Part shown: positions 1-13,820 of the stretch, piece after piece | Numbering within the stretch: position 1 is the stretch's first letter | Layout of the letters: each line of letters begins with the position of its first letter | DNA from: Octopus vulgaris | Taxonomy: Eukaryota | Direction: 5' to 3' | Assembly (NCBI GenBank): GCA_951406725.2 | Contig: OX597820.1 | Span: 117,924,001-117,988,000, forward strand | Length of the DNA: 64,000 nucleotides | Translations under genes and position numbers: made by a program | The notes under the pieces: model-generated | The model's database searches: none | What the model was told of the DNA's origin: nothing | What the model saw: the letters and a program-made list of their open reading frames with translations, nothing else

Positions 1-441
1 TTTTTCTCTCTATATCATCCCTCGCTTTCTCCATCAATTCTTTCTCTCCTCTTCTCCATCATCTTCTTACTCTTACCACGAATCCTTCATAACCAGCGTT
101 ATTTCCTTCCCATAATTCCTCTCTATTTCTTTTCCATTCCTTCTTATTTTTTCCTCCGTTCCCTCAACATTTCTTCCCTACCAAATCTTCTCTTTCATCA
201 CTCTCCCTTCAATAATCACATTTTCATTCTCTCTCACTTATGTTTCTCGATTACTTTTCCTTCTCGCTTTTGTATCTCTCTCTTCCCCAGCCTCTTTTCT
301 AAATTTTTGCATATTTGTGTCTATTCGTGTCTATTCATCTGTACACATATATGTGCGTATTATATATACACGCAGATTTTATATATTCAAAATGTCTTCT
401 TTACTAACGAAAGAACAGAAAATTAAACAAATTCAATTCAC

Positions 442-442
<1 letters not shown>

Positions 443-535
<93 letters not shown>

Positions 536-550
536 ATATCTATCTATCTT
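443..550. repeat. (TCTA)n microsatellite at 5' flank of Tx1-like LINE
   Basis: Direct reading of tandem TCTA units. Confidence 0.95.
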
Positions 551-776
551 TTCTATCGGCATGGACGGACGCTACTCAAATGGGCTCCACGTAAGTTGGC
601 CACTTTTACATGTTTAAAACTCCTCGTTGTCAAATATTTTGTATTTAATCGTTGTGCAAGATCATTCACTAAAAGATCTGAGAATTATTCATGTAGAATT
701 CCGCCCCTGTATGGGCGAAATAACCAAAAGTTTCAAAACTTTCGTGGGTTCTTTTTAGCCATTTTTCATTTTGAAA

Positions 777-2704
777 ATGGCAACTGGAAACAACGTGGCT
801 AGCCCGCCAGTCATGCGGAACGGTAGCGAAACACTATTGCTGCCATTAGCTGCTAAACCTCGCAGCTTGAACACCGCTGTCACCACCACCACCACCAGAA
901 CAACAACAAAAACAACAAAACTAACGTCGCAAGACCATTCACCATCGCCGTCACCAAAGACATTAACTTAGATTTTCCCCCACTCCCTACACCACTTGTC
1001 GATGAAAGAAGGACGGAGAAAGGGATTACAAAAACGAATACAGACGCAAACGTGAATGCCAGTACCAACACCATCACTACCAACAACAACAACGAAATCA
1101 GCGCAAAGCCGCCCGCCGAAGACAACACCGCCAACACCACCACCAACACCACTACCACGACTTCAACAGCTACAACCAACTCCCCTGCCACAAACATCAC
1201 CCAAAATAAAACAAACTTCGCGGAAGCCATAAAACAAAAAAGGACAATCGTAAAATTCACCGCATAGGTAATAAACCTCACAAAGGCACTTTTCACCAAA
1301 GAAGGAGATAAATTGCATCTTCACATTCCACAACACATCGTGGAAAACCCACACAAAAAAACAATAATATACAAAGACATCAACAAGAAAACAAGAGGAC
1401 CAGAAAATGCACCGCAGGAAAAAATTGAAAAATGCCTTCGTCCTGCATAGGATTCAAAGGAGTATGTTAGTTGGGGACATAAATTTGGCACAGTCCAAGT
1501 ACGTTTCCACAACGAGAATCTAGTAAAACGATTTTCCCCATTGGAGCTGCATTCAGACGACTTGGTAATGATACCAACTTATTTAGGCCAGAGGGTGACG
1601 AAAGTCCAAATAAAAAATGTACCTCCTGAAGTCGAAATACAATGGTTAGTCTCTGCCATCTGCTTTGAAATGGCAGAGACAAACATTCTTGAAATCGCTG
1701 TTCTAGAACAGAAAAATTGGGTGGGAAAATCAATCCAATTCCGCCTTCAATTGGATGAAACAACAAGAGAAAAGATACCCACCTCTATAGAACTGCCAGA
1801 AGGCTACAAACTCTATGTAGTGGTAGAGGGCAGGCGACCACGTTGCTATTTGTGCGGAAGCGAAACACATTTGAAAAAGAAGTGTCCAACCACTGCACAA
1901 CAAGAGCAACAACAACAACCACTACCACAACCAAAACACTCCGAGAAAAAAGTACTACTATCCACACCACCATCAACACAGAAGACGACAAGAGAAGCAC
2001 ACCAAGCTAATCCATCAACAATCAAAAATAATACAACACCTGAGAAAATACCAACACCACCAACAACAGCAAGAACTAAAGGAACAGAAAAACAAAAAAA
2101 AAAATACAAAAACTGATTCCCCATCCCCTTTACCGCACTCACCACACACAAACACTCAACAACCAACAGCAACGAAAACAACAACACAACCACTTACACA
2201 GACATACATAGAAGCCTACAACGTACCTTTACCCCCTTCTGATTCCTCAGAAAATTCGTCGGAAGACGAAACCAGCAAGGAATGGCAAATAGCTAGAAAA
2301 GGAAGGAAAAAAAGAGCAGAAACACAACCAAACCAAATGCAAACACAAACAAAGCAGGGGGAAATACATCTCACGAAGACATTTCGAAACCCACCACAAA
2401 CAACAGCTCACATCTATAGACAAACATGCTCACAGCTATAGACACCAAAAAACATAAATTTGATGGAATAATCAAATCAAAAACAAACATAACAGAATAT
2501 GACATAAAAATAAACAATCACCCATACACAACACCACCGGATCACATCAAAATACTACATATCTCTAGAAGTCTGCACCACACACTAAAAGGCATTTTCC
2601 CTAGTGCAGTTGGTAAATGCCAAAAATATCTCACGAAGAAACTTTACTGGGATCTCCTCGAAGACAAACCAAAGGAGGAGAAAGCAAAAACTTTCGAGCA
2701 GTAA
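777..2704 (+). pseudogene. LINE ORF1 (gag-like nucleic-acid-binding protein) with stops and frameshifts
   Basis: ORF 1541-2116 carries the zinc knuckle CYLCGSETHLKKKC (C-x2-C-x4-H-x4-C) preceded by VVVEGRRPR, typical of Tx1/L1 ORF1. Flanking T/N/K-rich segments are broken by stops. Confidence 0.75.
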
Positions 2705-2739
2705 GTAACCCTCTGTTCCTTTCGCTGGTATTTTAATTC

Positions 2740-3442
2740 ACTAGGATTTTGTTCAAGATTGGTTGTGTAAATGCGCGTGACTTGGGGGTCCCCTTGGAAA
2801 CAAGAGTACCTCTTAAATGACATAAAGTCACACAAGTTAGAAATCATAGCCATAAGTGAGACCAGACTCCACAATCCGCGGGCCCTAAAAAGACCATGTT
2901 TGGAGGACAGTTCAACATTTATTTTCACCCCTGTCTGCCAAGAGTGGGCGGTAGTGGCACCGCGGTACTTTTTTGCAAGAGTCTGGATCTCAAAGTAAAG
3001 ACAATATTCGTAGACCCGGAGGGTAAACTGGTCGTCCTGGATGTCGATGGCAGCAATGGGTGCGCTTTTCGACTCGTATCAGTCTACACACTGCCCTTAA
3101 CAGGTCGGGCGGACTTCTTTCAATGTCTAGAAGTATTCTTGGGAACGTCTCTTAGTGGCGGATTGGAATGCTACCTTGGACATGCATGTTGACTACGTGG
3201 GCAGAGATAGGAATAGACGGGGATGCAAATGCCTCAGAGACCTGCTCAGACGCTTTCAACTGTTTGACAGGTACCGACTCGATCACCCGAATGCGCGAAC
3301 GTGGACATAGAGCAACCGCATCGGGTCGTCAAGATCGTATCTAAATAGGATACTATGTAGGACAGTAGATAGAGATAGCGTAGGATGTCCACAATTCCAC
3401 ATAGTCAGCTACACGGATCATAAACTTGTGACATGTACGCTG
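2740..3442 (+). pseudogene. LINE ORF2 apurinic/apyrimidinic-type endonuclease domain, frameshifted
   Basis: GCVNARDL (2761; NxRGL-like), IIAISETRL, GTAVLF, RSYLNRILCR (LD-motif-like), YTDHKLV (SDH motif). Confidence 0.85.
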
Positions 3443-3600
3443 CACTTTCCTCTCTGGTCAATCTCTCATCAACTTCTTCAAGTACCACTTGAAAAGGAAA
3501 GTGAGAGTAGAGAGGCAAGTTTTGTCTAGCGAATGTTTAAAAAAAAGATGGGTGAATGTAGCAAGGATGGCACGTATGAATGACGAGCATAATCCTATGA
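3443..3600 (+). pseudogene. Probable ORF2 C-terminal remnant of the Tx1-like LINE
   Basis: Reads FLSGQSLINFFKYHLKRKVRVERQVLSSECLKKRWVNVARM, resembling the L1/Tx1 ORF2 terminal helix with F/L-x-x-x-W. Confidence 0.55.
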
Positions 3601-3799
3601 ACCCGGAAAATTTAAAACAGAGGGTTACCTACTTGCAAACAAATGTGGTAACATATAACAATATTGACCGAGGTTACCGTGGTCTTTTCCGTAGGTTTTT
3701 CTTCCCACGGATATACCTTATCGGCTTCCCTCTTTACACTTTACATCATGACACTGTGATACATGATCCCTATTGATCGCTCCCCCCATTTTTTTCTTC

Positions 3800-3925
3800 T
3801 TTCCCTTTTACGATCCCTTTTGATCGAAAACCTAACCCACCTTTTTTTTTCTCTCCCCCCAAAAGAAAAGCTCTACTTTGTAATCTGTCCCGTCTGTGTG
3901 CAGCCCTGTGTGGCTAATAAAGAAA

Positions 3926-3978
<53 letters not shown>

Positions 3979-4173
3979 ATTTTGTTCCTTTTCCCTTTTT
4001 TCTTTTTTTCTTTTCCTTTTTTTTCTTTTCTTCTTTTTTTTTGTTCTTTTTTCCCTTTTACGATCCCTTCTAATCGAAAACCTACGCTACCTTTTTTTTC
4101 CTCCCCCAAAAGAAAAGCTCTACGTTGTAACTTGTCCCATCTGTGTGCAGCCCTGTGTGGCCAAGAAAGAAAC
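3800..4173 (+). repeat. Direct duplication of ~125-bp LINE 3' UTR (3800-3927 and 4050-4173)
   Basis: ttcccttttacgatccctt...caaaagaaaagctctac...tctgtgtgcagccctgtgtggc...aagaaac occurs twice. Confidence 0.9.
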
Positions 4174-4174
<1 letters not shown>

Positions 4175-4251
<77 letters not shown>

Positions 4252-4284
4252 CTATTTATCTATCTCTCTCTCTCTCTTTCCCTC

Positions 4285-4355
<71 letters not shown>

Positions 4356-4409
4356 CTATTAATCTATCTATCTACCTCTCTCTCTCTTCCCTCCTCTCTC
4401 TCTCTCTAC

Positions 4410-4500
<91 letters not shown>

Positions 4501-4508
4501 CCTCCCCC

Positions 4509-4583
<75 letters not shown>

Positions 4584-4625
4584 CCTCTCTTTCTCTCTCT
4601 CTCTATCTCTATCTATCTATCTAAC
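4175..4625. repeat. Compound (TCTA)n/(TC)n microsatellite
   Basis: Direct reading. Confidence 0.95.
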
Positions 4626-4829
4626 TACCTGTCTGTCAGTCAGTCTTTCTGTCTTCTTCTCTCTGTCTCCCCTTCTCTCTGTCTCCCCTTCTCTCTATTT
4701 CTGTATGAATGTATATTATCTATCTCTTTCTCTCTCTTTCTGTCTCTCTCTACCTAATGATGATATATATAATAATATTTTATTTTTATTTTATGCGTGT
4801 TTGTACATATTTATATGGCTATTGTTGCA

Positions 4830-4882
<53 letters not shown>

Positions 4883-5678
4883 GGAAGTGTTCACATACAA
4901 ACGCCTAAAAATAATTTACAGACATATTATCCATATACTAAAACGCGCCTAGACACACACGTACACACACTTATATATATATACACGTATATACATATAC
5001 GTAGATATACATATACATACATACACACACACACACACATATATATATATACATATATATATATAAACACACACACACACGCATATGTATATAATGTTTG
5101 CTTTGTTTATAACTTACGTATGCAAACATATACACACGCACACATATACATAGAATGCACATTTATAACTCTAAGCCTATAAACAAATAACACATACACA
5201 CACACACACTCACGTACATATACATACACACACATACTTATACAAAAAATGCCATTATACTGCAGAACACATCATCAGATCAAATGACATCAAATCCTCA
5301 CAGACAGACAAGAAGAAAACTCACGGAACACATTTTTATACGCAAAGTCAAAATTACTGCAATTGCCAAGAGAGACATAAACAAAAAAAAAAGAGTCGAA
5401 CAAAGTAAAGACCAGCAAGACAGCAGTCTAAAAAAATGCGCATTGCTCGGAAGTAGCTTTGTATGACAGAAAACAGATACAACTTCTTAGACGGTCTCTG
5501 ACTTTCTTTCTGTTTACTTACTTAATTATTCATTATTCAATTTCATCTTCTGGTTGATTTATAAACATACACAGAGTAACAAACCCGCACACACACGCGT
5601 GCGCGCCTGCACGTATACACTTATATATGTAGAAGTATGTATATACATATATATATATATATGTTATATATATCTATG

Positions 5679-5729
<51 letters not shown>

Positions 5730-5743
5730 CATACATACACACG

Positions 5744-5774
<31 letters not shown>

Positions 5775-6111
5775 ACATATATACGCACACATATATATAT
5801 ACATATATACATATATATATATATACTTATATATGCATATATCTACATATATGTAAATACATATATATGTATGTACATATATATACATACATACATACAT
5901 GCATACATATATATATTTAATAATATATTATTATTAATATCAGGAAATCATTATCAGAAAACTCTTCAGAAAGATATACACGCGTAAAAAATAATTGTAT
6001 TAAAATGTATAAATATGTATAAAAATATATGTAAATATGTATAAGTTTAAATATATAATGTATATATAATGTATATGACAGTTTAAAAAGTTTTGAATTA
6101 AGTATTTAAAG

Positions 6112-6203
6112 TATCTTACGATCGTTTCACAGAAGTGCTGTCCCTATAATGAAATCCTATATTGATAAGCATTTATAGACAATTCTTCTGCTCTTCAGAG
6201 ATA
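6112..6203 (-). ncRNA. Hammerhead ribozyme-like motif with long stem II loop
   Basis: Minus strand: UAUCU-CUGAAGA-GCAGAAG[long loop]CUUCUGU-GAA-ACGAUCGU-A-AGAUA. Core intact, stem I 5 bp, stem II 7 bp, palindromic stem III, GUA site. Confidence 0.75.
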
Positions 6204-6225
6204 TAAAATTTGAATTTGGTAAAAC

Positions 6226-6560
6226 ATATCGAATGTTGGTTTTTTTTTTAAATTTGAAGTAATACAATAAAATGGTGTTTGTTTGAAATATAAATTAAAA
6301 ATTAAAAATTTATAAATGTTCATCAATACAGGATTCTATTCCATATTATCTAAGTATATGAACTATATTTGGAATACAAGATAATATGACGGATTTTGAG
6401 TATGAATATTATGGATTATTGCAGAAGACTAACCAAGGAAGTATATATGGATTTCAAGACTCTCATCAAAAGCAGTAATTTTTAATTTTTAATTTATATT
6501 TCAAACAAACACCATTTTATAGTATTACTTCAATTTTTTTAAAAAATGAACATTCGATAT
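6226..6560. repeat. Inverted repeat (arms 6226-6310 / 6477-6560), foldback element adjacent to hammerhead motif
   Basis: atatcgaatgtt...aaatggtgtttgtttgaaatataaattaaaaattaaaaatt is mirrored by aattttt...caaacaaacaccatttt...aacattcgatat. Confidence 0.85.
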
Positions 6561-6564
6561 TGAG

Positions 6565-6896
6565 CCACTTCTTTACTACAGTTTTTACTTCTTCGTCAGC
6601 AGATTTAGCGCCTTCAGATTATCATCTCTTCGGCCCCATGAAAGAGGTTTGAGAGGCAAACATGAAAACTGTTGTGAAGAAGTGGCTCAAAGAACAGTCA
6701 ACAGAATTTTACGGGGCAGGGATACATGCTCTCATTCAAAGGTGGATCATTGCTATTGAGAGAAACGGTGACTATGTTGAAAAGTAGGGATGTGATCCGC
6801 AGAGGACCAGCTTCCTTTTGATGTATGATACATGTTCCTGTGTTGGTAATTATACCTGTCCTAAACAAAGTGGCATTACTTTTTGACTCACCCTCG
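6565..6896 (+). mobile_element. Mariner (DD34D) transposon 3' remnant with TIR
   Basis: DLAPSDYHLFGPMKE at 6602 and GDYVEK-like end (ggtgactatgttgaaaagtag). TIR ...tttgactcaccctcg is followed by TA at 6897-6898. Confidence 0.85.
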
Positions 6897-6909
6897 TATG
6901 TGTATATAT

Positions 6910-7446
<537 letters not shown>

Positions 7447-7759
7447 AGACTCTCCTGTCGTAAACGAGATATGAAAGTTCCGTAATTTCTTGCTGAACAA
7501 TCTGCACATATCATTCGTTTATAGTGATCAAGTGGTTGTGCTGTGCATTACCGCACTTCTTCCATCAAGTTAACATTATGTGTACAGATGCGCGGAGTGC
7601 CACCTGTCGGATGTCGAAGTCATTGCTGGGCAACGTGAAATGACCTGTTTTGCTTAAGAGCGCAAGACACTGCTCATCCCTGGAATCGAAACCACGATCT
7701 AGCGATCGCGAGTGTAGCATCTTCACCGCTAGGAGATGCACCGTCCCGACCCCCTTAAC

Positions 7760-8065
7760 TGGCACTCCGTCGTTTACGACGAGGAGTGTTCCAATCGATC
7801 CGATCACTGGAACAGCCTGCTCATGAAATTAATGTGTAAGTGGCTGAGTACTACAAGTACTTAAGTTAATACTCAGAGGGATTCACTCTGAAGCAGAATG
7901 TGACAGGGTCATCCCGTTGAATTACTGGTACTACTCATTTTTTGCCAGCTGAGTGGACTGGAGTAACGTAAAATTGTGACTTAGTGAAGGACACAAAGCG
8001 CCGCTGGGAATCGAACTGGCGACTTCACAATCGTGAGCTGAGTAGCTCTACTCCCTAAGCCACAC
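7760..8065 (-). mobile_element. Diverged tRNA-derived SINE related to family C tail
   Basis: cactccgtcgtttacgacga...gaacagcctgctcatgaaattaa matches 36979-37050; head with B-box-like gttcgattccc on minus strand. Confidence 0.6.
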
Positions 8066-8415
8066 GGGTGTGTATATGTTTTACTTATATCTGTCTGATC
8101 GAAGTGGGATACGTATTTCAATGTATTTTGACTGAGTGAGAAAAAGACAGAATGATGTTTTAGTTGATGTTTAGCCCCAGGTAGGCCTTAATCCAGGTAA
8201 TCCAGCAACAATGGTATCCCGACTGTGATCATCGCATATTTTGTTTCAGATTAAAGGAGCCTAGGGTTAGATTATCGAGACCCTCCTCGTCTTGTGCTTT
8301 TCTCAGCACAATGACGTCAACAGAGCAAGCGTTTATTTTGTTGTCCCCCTCCCCCAAACAAAATTAGATCGGTTCTCTCGGTTTTGTTTTAGTTTGTTGA
8401 GGTTTTAGTTTTGAA

Positions 8416-8834
8416 TTCTCTTTTACTCTTTTACTCTTTTACTTGTTTCAGTCATTTGACTGCGACCATGCTGGAGCACCGCCTTTAGTCGAGCAAATCG
8501 ACTCCGGGACTTATTCTTTGTAAGCCCAGTTCTTATTCTATCGGTATCTTTTGCCGAACCGCTAAGTGACGGGGACGTAAACACACCAGCATCGGTTGTC
8601 ATGCGATGCTAGGGGGACAAACACAGACACACAAACACACACACACACATACATACATATATACATATATACGACAGGCTTCTTTCAGTTTCCGTCTACC
8701 AAATCCACTCACAAGGCATTAGTTGGCCCGGTGCTATAGCAGAAGACAATTGCCCAAGATGCCACGCAGTGGGACTGAACCCGGAACCATGTGGTTCGTA
8801 AGCAAGCTACTTACCACACAGCCACTCCTGCGCC
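8416..8834 (-). mobile_element. SINE family A, full length
   Basis: Head ggcgcaggagtggctgtgtggtaag...ggttcagtccc on minus strand; same body as other copies. Confidence 0.9.
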
Positions 8835-9329
8835 TATATTCTTTGAGGCATCACTTATTTTACTATCGTTTTATCTTTAATCTTTTGCTTGCTTCAGTAA
8901 TTAGACTGTGGCCATGCTGGGGCACTGCTTTGGAAAACTTTTATTCGAATGAATCGACCCCAGGACTTAGTTGTTTTTAAAGCTCGGTACTCACTCTATC
9001 GTGTTTTTTGCCAAACCGCTAAGTTACGAGGACGTAAGCACAGCACGGGTTGTTAAGCGGCGGTGGGGGACAAACACAGATACAAAGACCACACACTCAC
9101 ACACGACAGGATTCTTTCAGTTTCCACAAATGAAATCCACTCACAAGGCTTTGGTCTCAGGGAAATGGTTATGTTTTTGCTTTTCTTATTGCGCTAAACG
9201 GAATCGTCTAATATTCCCCGCAAAGGGATCTATGACAGCCTGTATTTCGCGTCTCCCCTCTAAATTCATTATCTATCCCAATGTTGCTTTATATTTCCGT
9301 GCTCTCAAATTCAAGCAAACTATTTTTTT

Positions 9330-9695
9330 TTTTTACTTGTTTCAGTCATTTGACTGCGGCCATGCTGGAGCACCGCCTTTAGTCGAACAAATCGACCCCG
9401 GGACTTATCTTTGTAAGCCCAGTACTTATTCTATCGGTCTCTTTTGCCGAAACACTAAGTAACGGGGACGTAAACACACCAGCATCGGTTGTCAAGCAAT
9501 GCTAGGGGGACAAACACATACACACATATATACGACAGGCTTCTTTCAGTTTCCGTCTACCAAATCCACTCACAAGGCATTGGTCGGCCCGGGGCTATAG
9601 CAGAAGACACTTGCCCAAGATGCCACGCAGTCGGACTGAACCCGGAACCATGTAGTTGGTTAGCAAGCTACTTACCACACAGCCGCTCCTGCGCC
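9330..9695 (-). mobile_element. SINE family A, full length
   Basis: Same consensus as 8416-8834. Confidence 0.9.
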
Positions 9696-10306
9696 TAGAT
9701 TTTTTTCTTTGCTAGAGATGCTGCCTCTGTAGGCGTGCATGTATCACAATCTGAGTCTCAGATGAGGTTAACAGAAGAAAAAGGCTATGGTCGCCTCCTT
9801 TGTGTGGGAAATATGTCCATATTCTCACTGATACTGAAATCTCCAACAACACTGAGCAATTTCTGAATTCTTAAATCCCTCCAGCAAATATGTTTGAGGG
9901 ATATTCGGACCTGTAAAGGCTTTGCGCTGCAGGTTGTCATGGAGAAAAACAATCTCACTTATGATAACAAAGGTTTTAAAACGTCCTAGTCAGCTTATAG
10001 CGCCATCTATTGGAGTGATGGATGCAATGAGAAAAAACCCATTACTGGCCAAAATAGCTCTCAGACATATTTGAACTTGTCTTAAAAGGCTTCGAATGAC
10101 CCGTCCTTGTTTTTTTGTATCGTCTATCTGGATGTTTTGTTGTTCCTTTTTGTATCACCTAGTTGTCCGGATGCTTTGCGTTCTTGTCCTATTTTGTATT
10201 ATATATATATATACATACATATATATACACACACACACACACATATATATATATACATATATATACATATATACGTATATATATATGTATGTATATATAC
10301 ATATAT

Positions 10307-10406
<100 letters not shown>

Positions 10407-11094
10407 TTTACTGTTCCGTTAAGGAAAGGTTAACAAAAAAGTACTGCATCCAGAAAGAGATAAACATTATTTAATGGACACAGTAGAAAAATAAGAGCTA
10501 CGAATAGTTTCTTGCTGTGGAAACACGTGTCTAGGGAGGTTTTTATAACACGCATTGTGTCTTCAGTCAGGCTTTCAGCACATAATCTGTTCCATTTGAA
10601 AACCAGGATGCTGGTACAGGAGAAATCACGAGAAACAAGTTGATGCAAAAAGTGGAAGGGTGAATAAAAACGAAAAAAGTAAAAAATATTATTATTACCA
10701 CTCTAGCTTCCATTTTTGTTATTCCCGTTGATGGTAGTTAAAAATGATGTTTTTAATCACAAAGGTATCAAATAAAAGGGAGATTACAAGGATAAATGGT
10801 GGTTAATAAGAGATAATCCCCTGATGAATTACATGATTGATCCACTGCACTGATTTACTTTATGAGCCAAACCGAGCCAAGCCAAGATGAACTGCACCGA
10901 ACAGAGCCGAACGGAACCGAACGGAGCCGAATGGAACGGAGGTCGATCTTGATTTCCCAAGACTGATGGTATTCCCATTAAAGCAAACAACAACAACAGC
11001 AAATCATAAAATACCTAAAAAAATAACGAAATCATCAACATTCAGTCAAAATATCATGAAAACAACAGCAAGAAAAAGAAAACAAACTCTGAAA

Positions 11095-11111
11095 TAAATA
11101 ATAAAAATAAA

Positions 11112-11205
<94 letters not shown>

Positions 11206-11267
11206 GTTGTAATAATAATGATGATAGTAACAACAACAATAACAACAGCAACAACAACAACAACAAC

Positions 11268-11304
<37 letters not shown>

Positions 11305-11366
11305 GTAATAATAATAATGAGGATGGTAGTAATTATAATGATGGTAGTAATAATAATAATGATGAT

Positions 11367-11413
<47 letters not shown>

Positions 11414-11415
11414 TG

Positions 11416-11479
<64 letters not shown>

Positions 11480-11544
11480 TGATGATAATAATAATAATGA
11501 TGATGATAATAATAATAATGATAATAATAATAATAATAATAATA

Positions 11545-11625
<81 letters not shown>
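11095..11625. repeat. Compound (AAT)n/(GAT)n/(AAC)n microsatellite
   Basis: Direct reading. Confidence 0.95.
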
Positions 11626-11805
11626 GTTAATGAAAGAATCCTCCGAAGGTTAAACAAGGTCTTGTATTGCTTAAGAGTTCTTCAACAGCGTTATAATTAT
11701 TTCTAGTTCTGTAGGGAAAGCGATAATTCCCTCTTTTAGTGTGTGTGCAGTCGTGTCAAGGATTCAATTGACTTATCAGGAACATTTTGGATTATTGTGT
11801 TGTCA

Positions 11806-12010
11806 TGAAGAAGAAGAAGAAGAAGGAGAAGAAGGAGAAGAAGAAGATGGAGAAGAAGAAGAAAAAGAAGAAGGAAGAAGAAGAAGAAGAAGAAGAAGAA
11901 GAAGAAGAAGAAGAAGGAGAAGAAGACGAAGAAGAAGAAGAAGAAGAAGGAGAAGAAGAAGAAGAAGAAGAAGAAGAAGAAGAAGAAGAAGAAGAAGAAG
12001 AAAGAAGAAG
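11806..12010. repeat. (GAA)n microsatellite
   Basis: Direct reading. Confidence 0.95.
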
Positions 12011-12434
12011 TTAATTTAATTAAGAAGGACTTCGAAATCCTTTATTTATTTTGGTCTCGTGAGGAAACCGCAGAGAAAATGGTTTGTTCGACTGTGGTGA
12101 ATAAAAACAAAATGGAGTCGCATCTTTCTTACAAAAACAACAACAATAACAATTCTAGAATGGGAAAAAACCAACAAACAAGCTACAGAGCAACAATAGC
12201 AGCAAGTAGTAGTAGTAGTAGTAGTAGTAGCATCAAGTGCAGTCGCAACAATAGTTATAGCACAAGTATAAGTCTCAGAGGTTCTAGTAGTAGCAGTAGT
12301 AGTAGTAGGAATAACAGATACCCACTCTCTTTCTTTCTTTCTTTCTTTTTTTCAGTCATTCATTCATTTGTTCTTTCTTTCTTTTGTTATTCTCTTTTTT
12401 TTCTTTGTTTACTTCTTGTTTGCTTCTTTGTAAG

Positions 12435-12485
<51 letters not shown>

Positions 12486-12979
12486 ATGTGAGAGAAAGAA
12501 AGAGAGAGAAAGAGAGAGAGAGAATGTGAGAGAAAGAAAGAGAAAGAGAGAACGTGAGAAAGAAAGACAGAAAGAAAGAGAAAGAGAGAGAGAGAATGTG
12601 AGAGAGAAAGAAAGAAAGAGAAAGAGAGAACGTAAGAAAGAAAGACAGAAAGAAAGAGAAAGAGAGAGAGAGAGCATATGTTTATGGAAGTGGCAGTATT
12701 TGTAGATGAATATTAAGAAAGGCATGAACGTCACGCATTCTTGTCCCTCTCAATCCCAAATCGTTGGTTCGTGTTTGGATAAAACACCAATATATGTCCA
12801 AAAGAAACGATGGTGACATAACAGAATATCAGGCTAAATGTACTACAATGTCTGGGTTCTGTCGTTTTACTTACCAAATTGGAGTCCCACCGTGGGTCAG
12901 TGGAGTCTTTTCATTTCAGTGAATTCGAGAAAACCATTACAGTTGTTGCTGTTGTTATTTTACTCCATATTATATATGT

Positions 12980-13293
12980 GGGCGTTGTGAGTATTTATTG
13001 AGCGAAAGCACCTAAAGCTCCACGAGGCTCCGGCAGGGGATGGTGGTGATCCCTGCTGTACTCTTTCACCACAACTTTCTCTCACTCTTACTTCCTGTTT
13101 CTGTTGTACCTGTATTTCAAGGGGCCGGCCTTGTCGCTGTCTGTGTCACGCTGAATATCCCAGAGAACTACGTTAAGGGTGCACGTGTCTGTGGAGTGCT
13201 CAGCCACTTACACGTTAATTTCACGAGCAGGCTGTTCCGTTGATTCGGATCAACCGGAACCCTCATCGTCGTAACCGACGGAGTGCTTCCATC
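12980..13293 (+). mobile_element. SINE family C, 5'-truncated
   Basis: Reverse complement of 36974-37277 (gggcgttgtgagt...cgtcgtaaccgacggagtgcttcc). Confidence 0.85.
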
Positions 13294-13375
13294 CATTATA
13301 TATGTGACTGAGCTTATCTCGTGAATGGAATTGTACTGAAAGAACCGTTTCTATTCTTTTCTTATTAAGTCTTTA

Positions 13376-13820
13376 AGGCAGCAAGCTAGCAGAATCGTTA
13401 GCTTGCCGGAGAAAATGCTAAGCGGCATTTCGTCCGTTTTCACGATCTCAGTTCAAAATCTTTCGATGTCGACTTTGCCTTTCATCCTTTCGGTCGATAA
13501 TATAAATACCAGTTAAATACTGGGGTCGATGTAATCGTCTCTTCCTCCCTCCTTCCTCAGGCCTTGTGCCTAAAGTAGAAAGGATTATCAAGTCTTCGAG
13601 GTTGGCAGAATCGTTCCCCCGCCGGACAAAAGGCTTAGTGGGATTGCTTTTGGCTCCTTCCGTTCTTAGTTCAAATGCCATTAAGAGTCCACTTCGCACT
13701 TCATCCTTTCGGGGTCGAGAAAATAAGTACTGACTGAGCATTGGGGTCGATGTAATCTACTAGTCCCTTCTCCCCCACCAAATTTCAGCCCCTTTTTTTC
13801 TATATTAGAAAGAACTATTA
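13376..13820 (+). mobile_element. Two diverged SINE family B copies
   Basis: gctagcagaatcgttagc...gactttgcctttcatcctttcgg...gtcgat conserved block, twice. Confidence 0.7.

Larger units (their letters stand above)
551..4173 (+). mobile_element. Degenerate, internally deleted Tx1/L1-clade non-LTR retrotransposon (ORF1 + endonuclease + ORF2 C-terminus + duplicated 3' UTR; RT missing)
   Basis: ORF1 with CCHC knuckle, then AP-endonuclease motifs, a C-terminal ...KKRW segment and a 3' end with aataaa, flanked by (TCTA)n/(TC)n. The 5' boundary is approximate. Confidence 0.75.
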
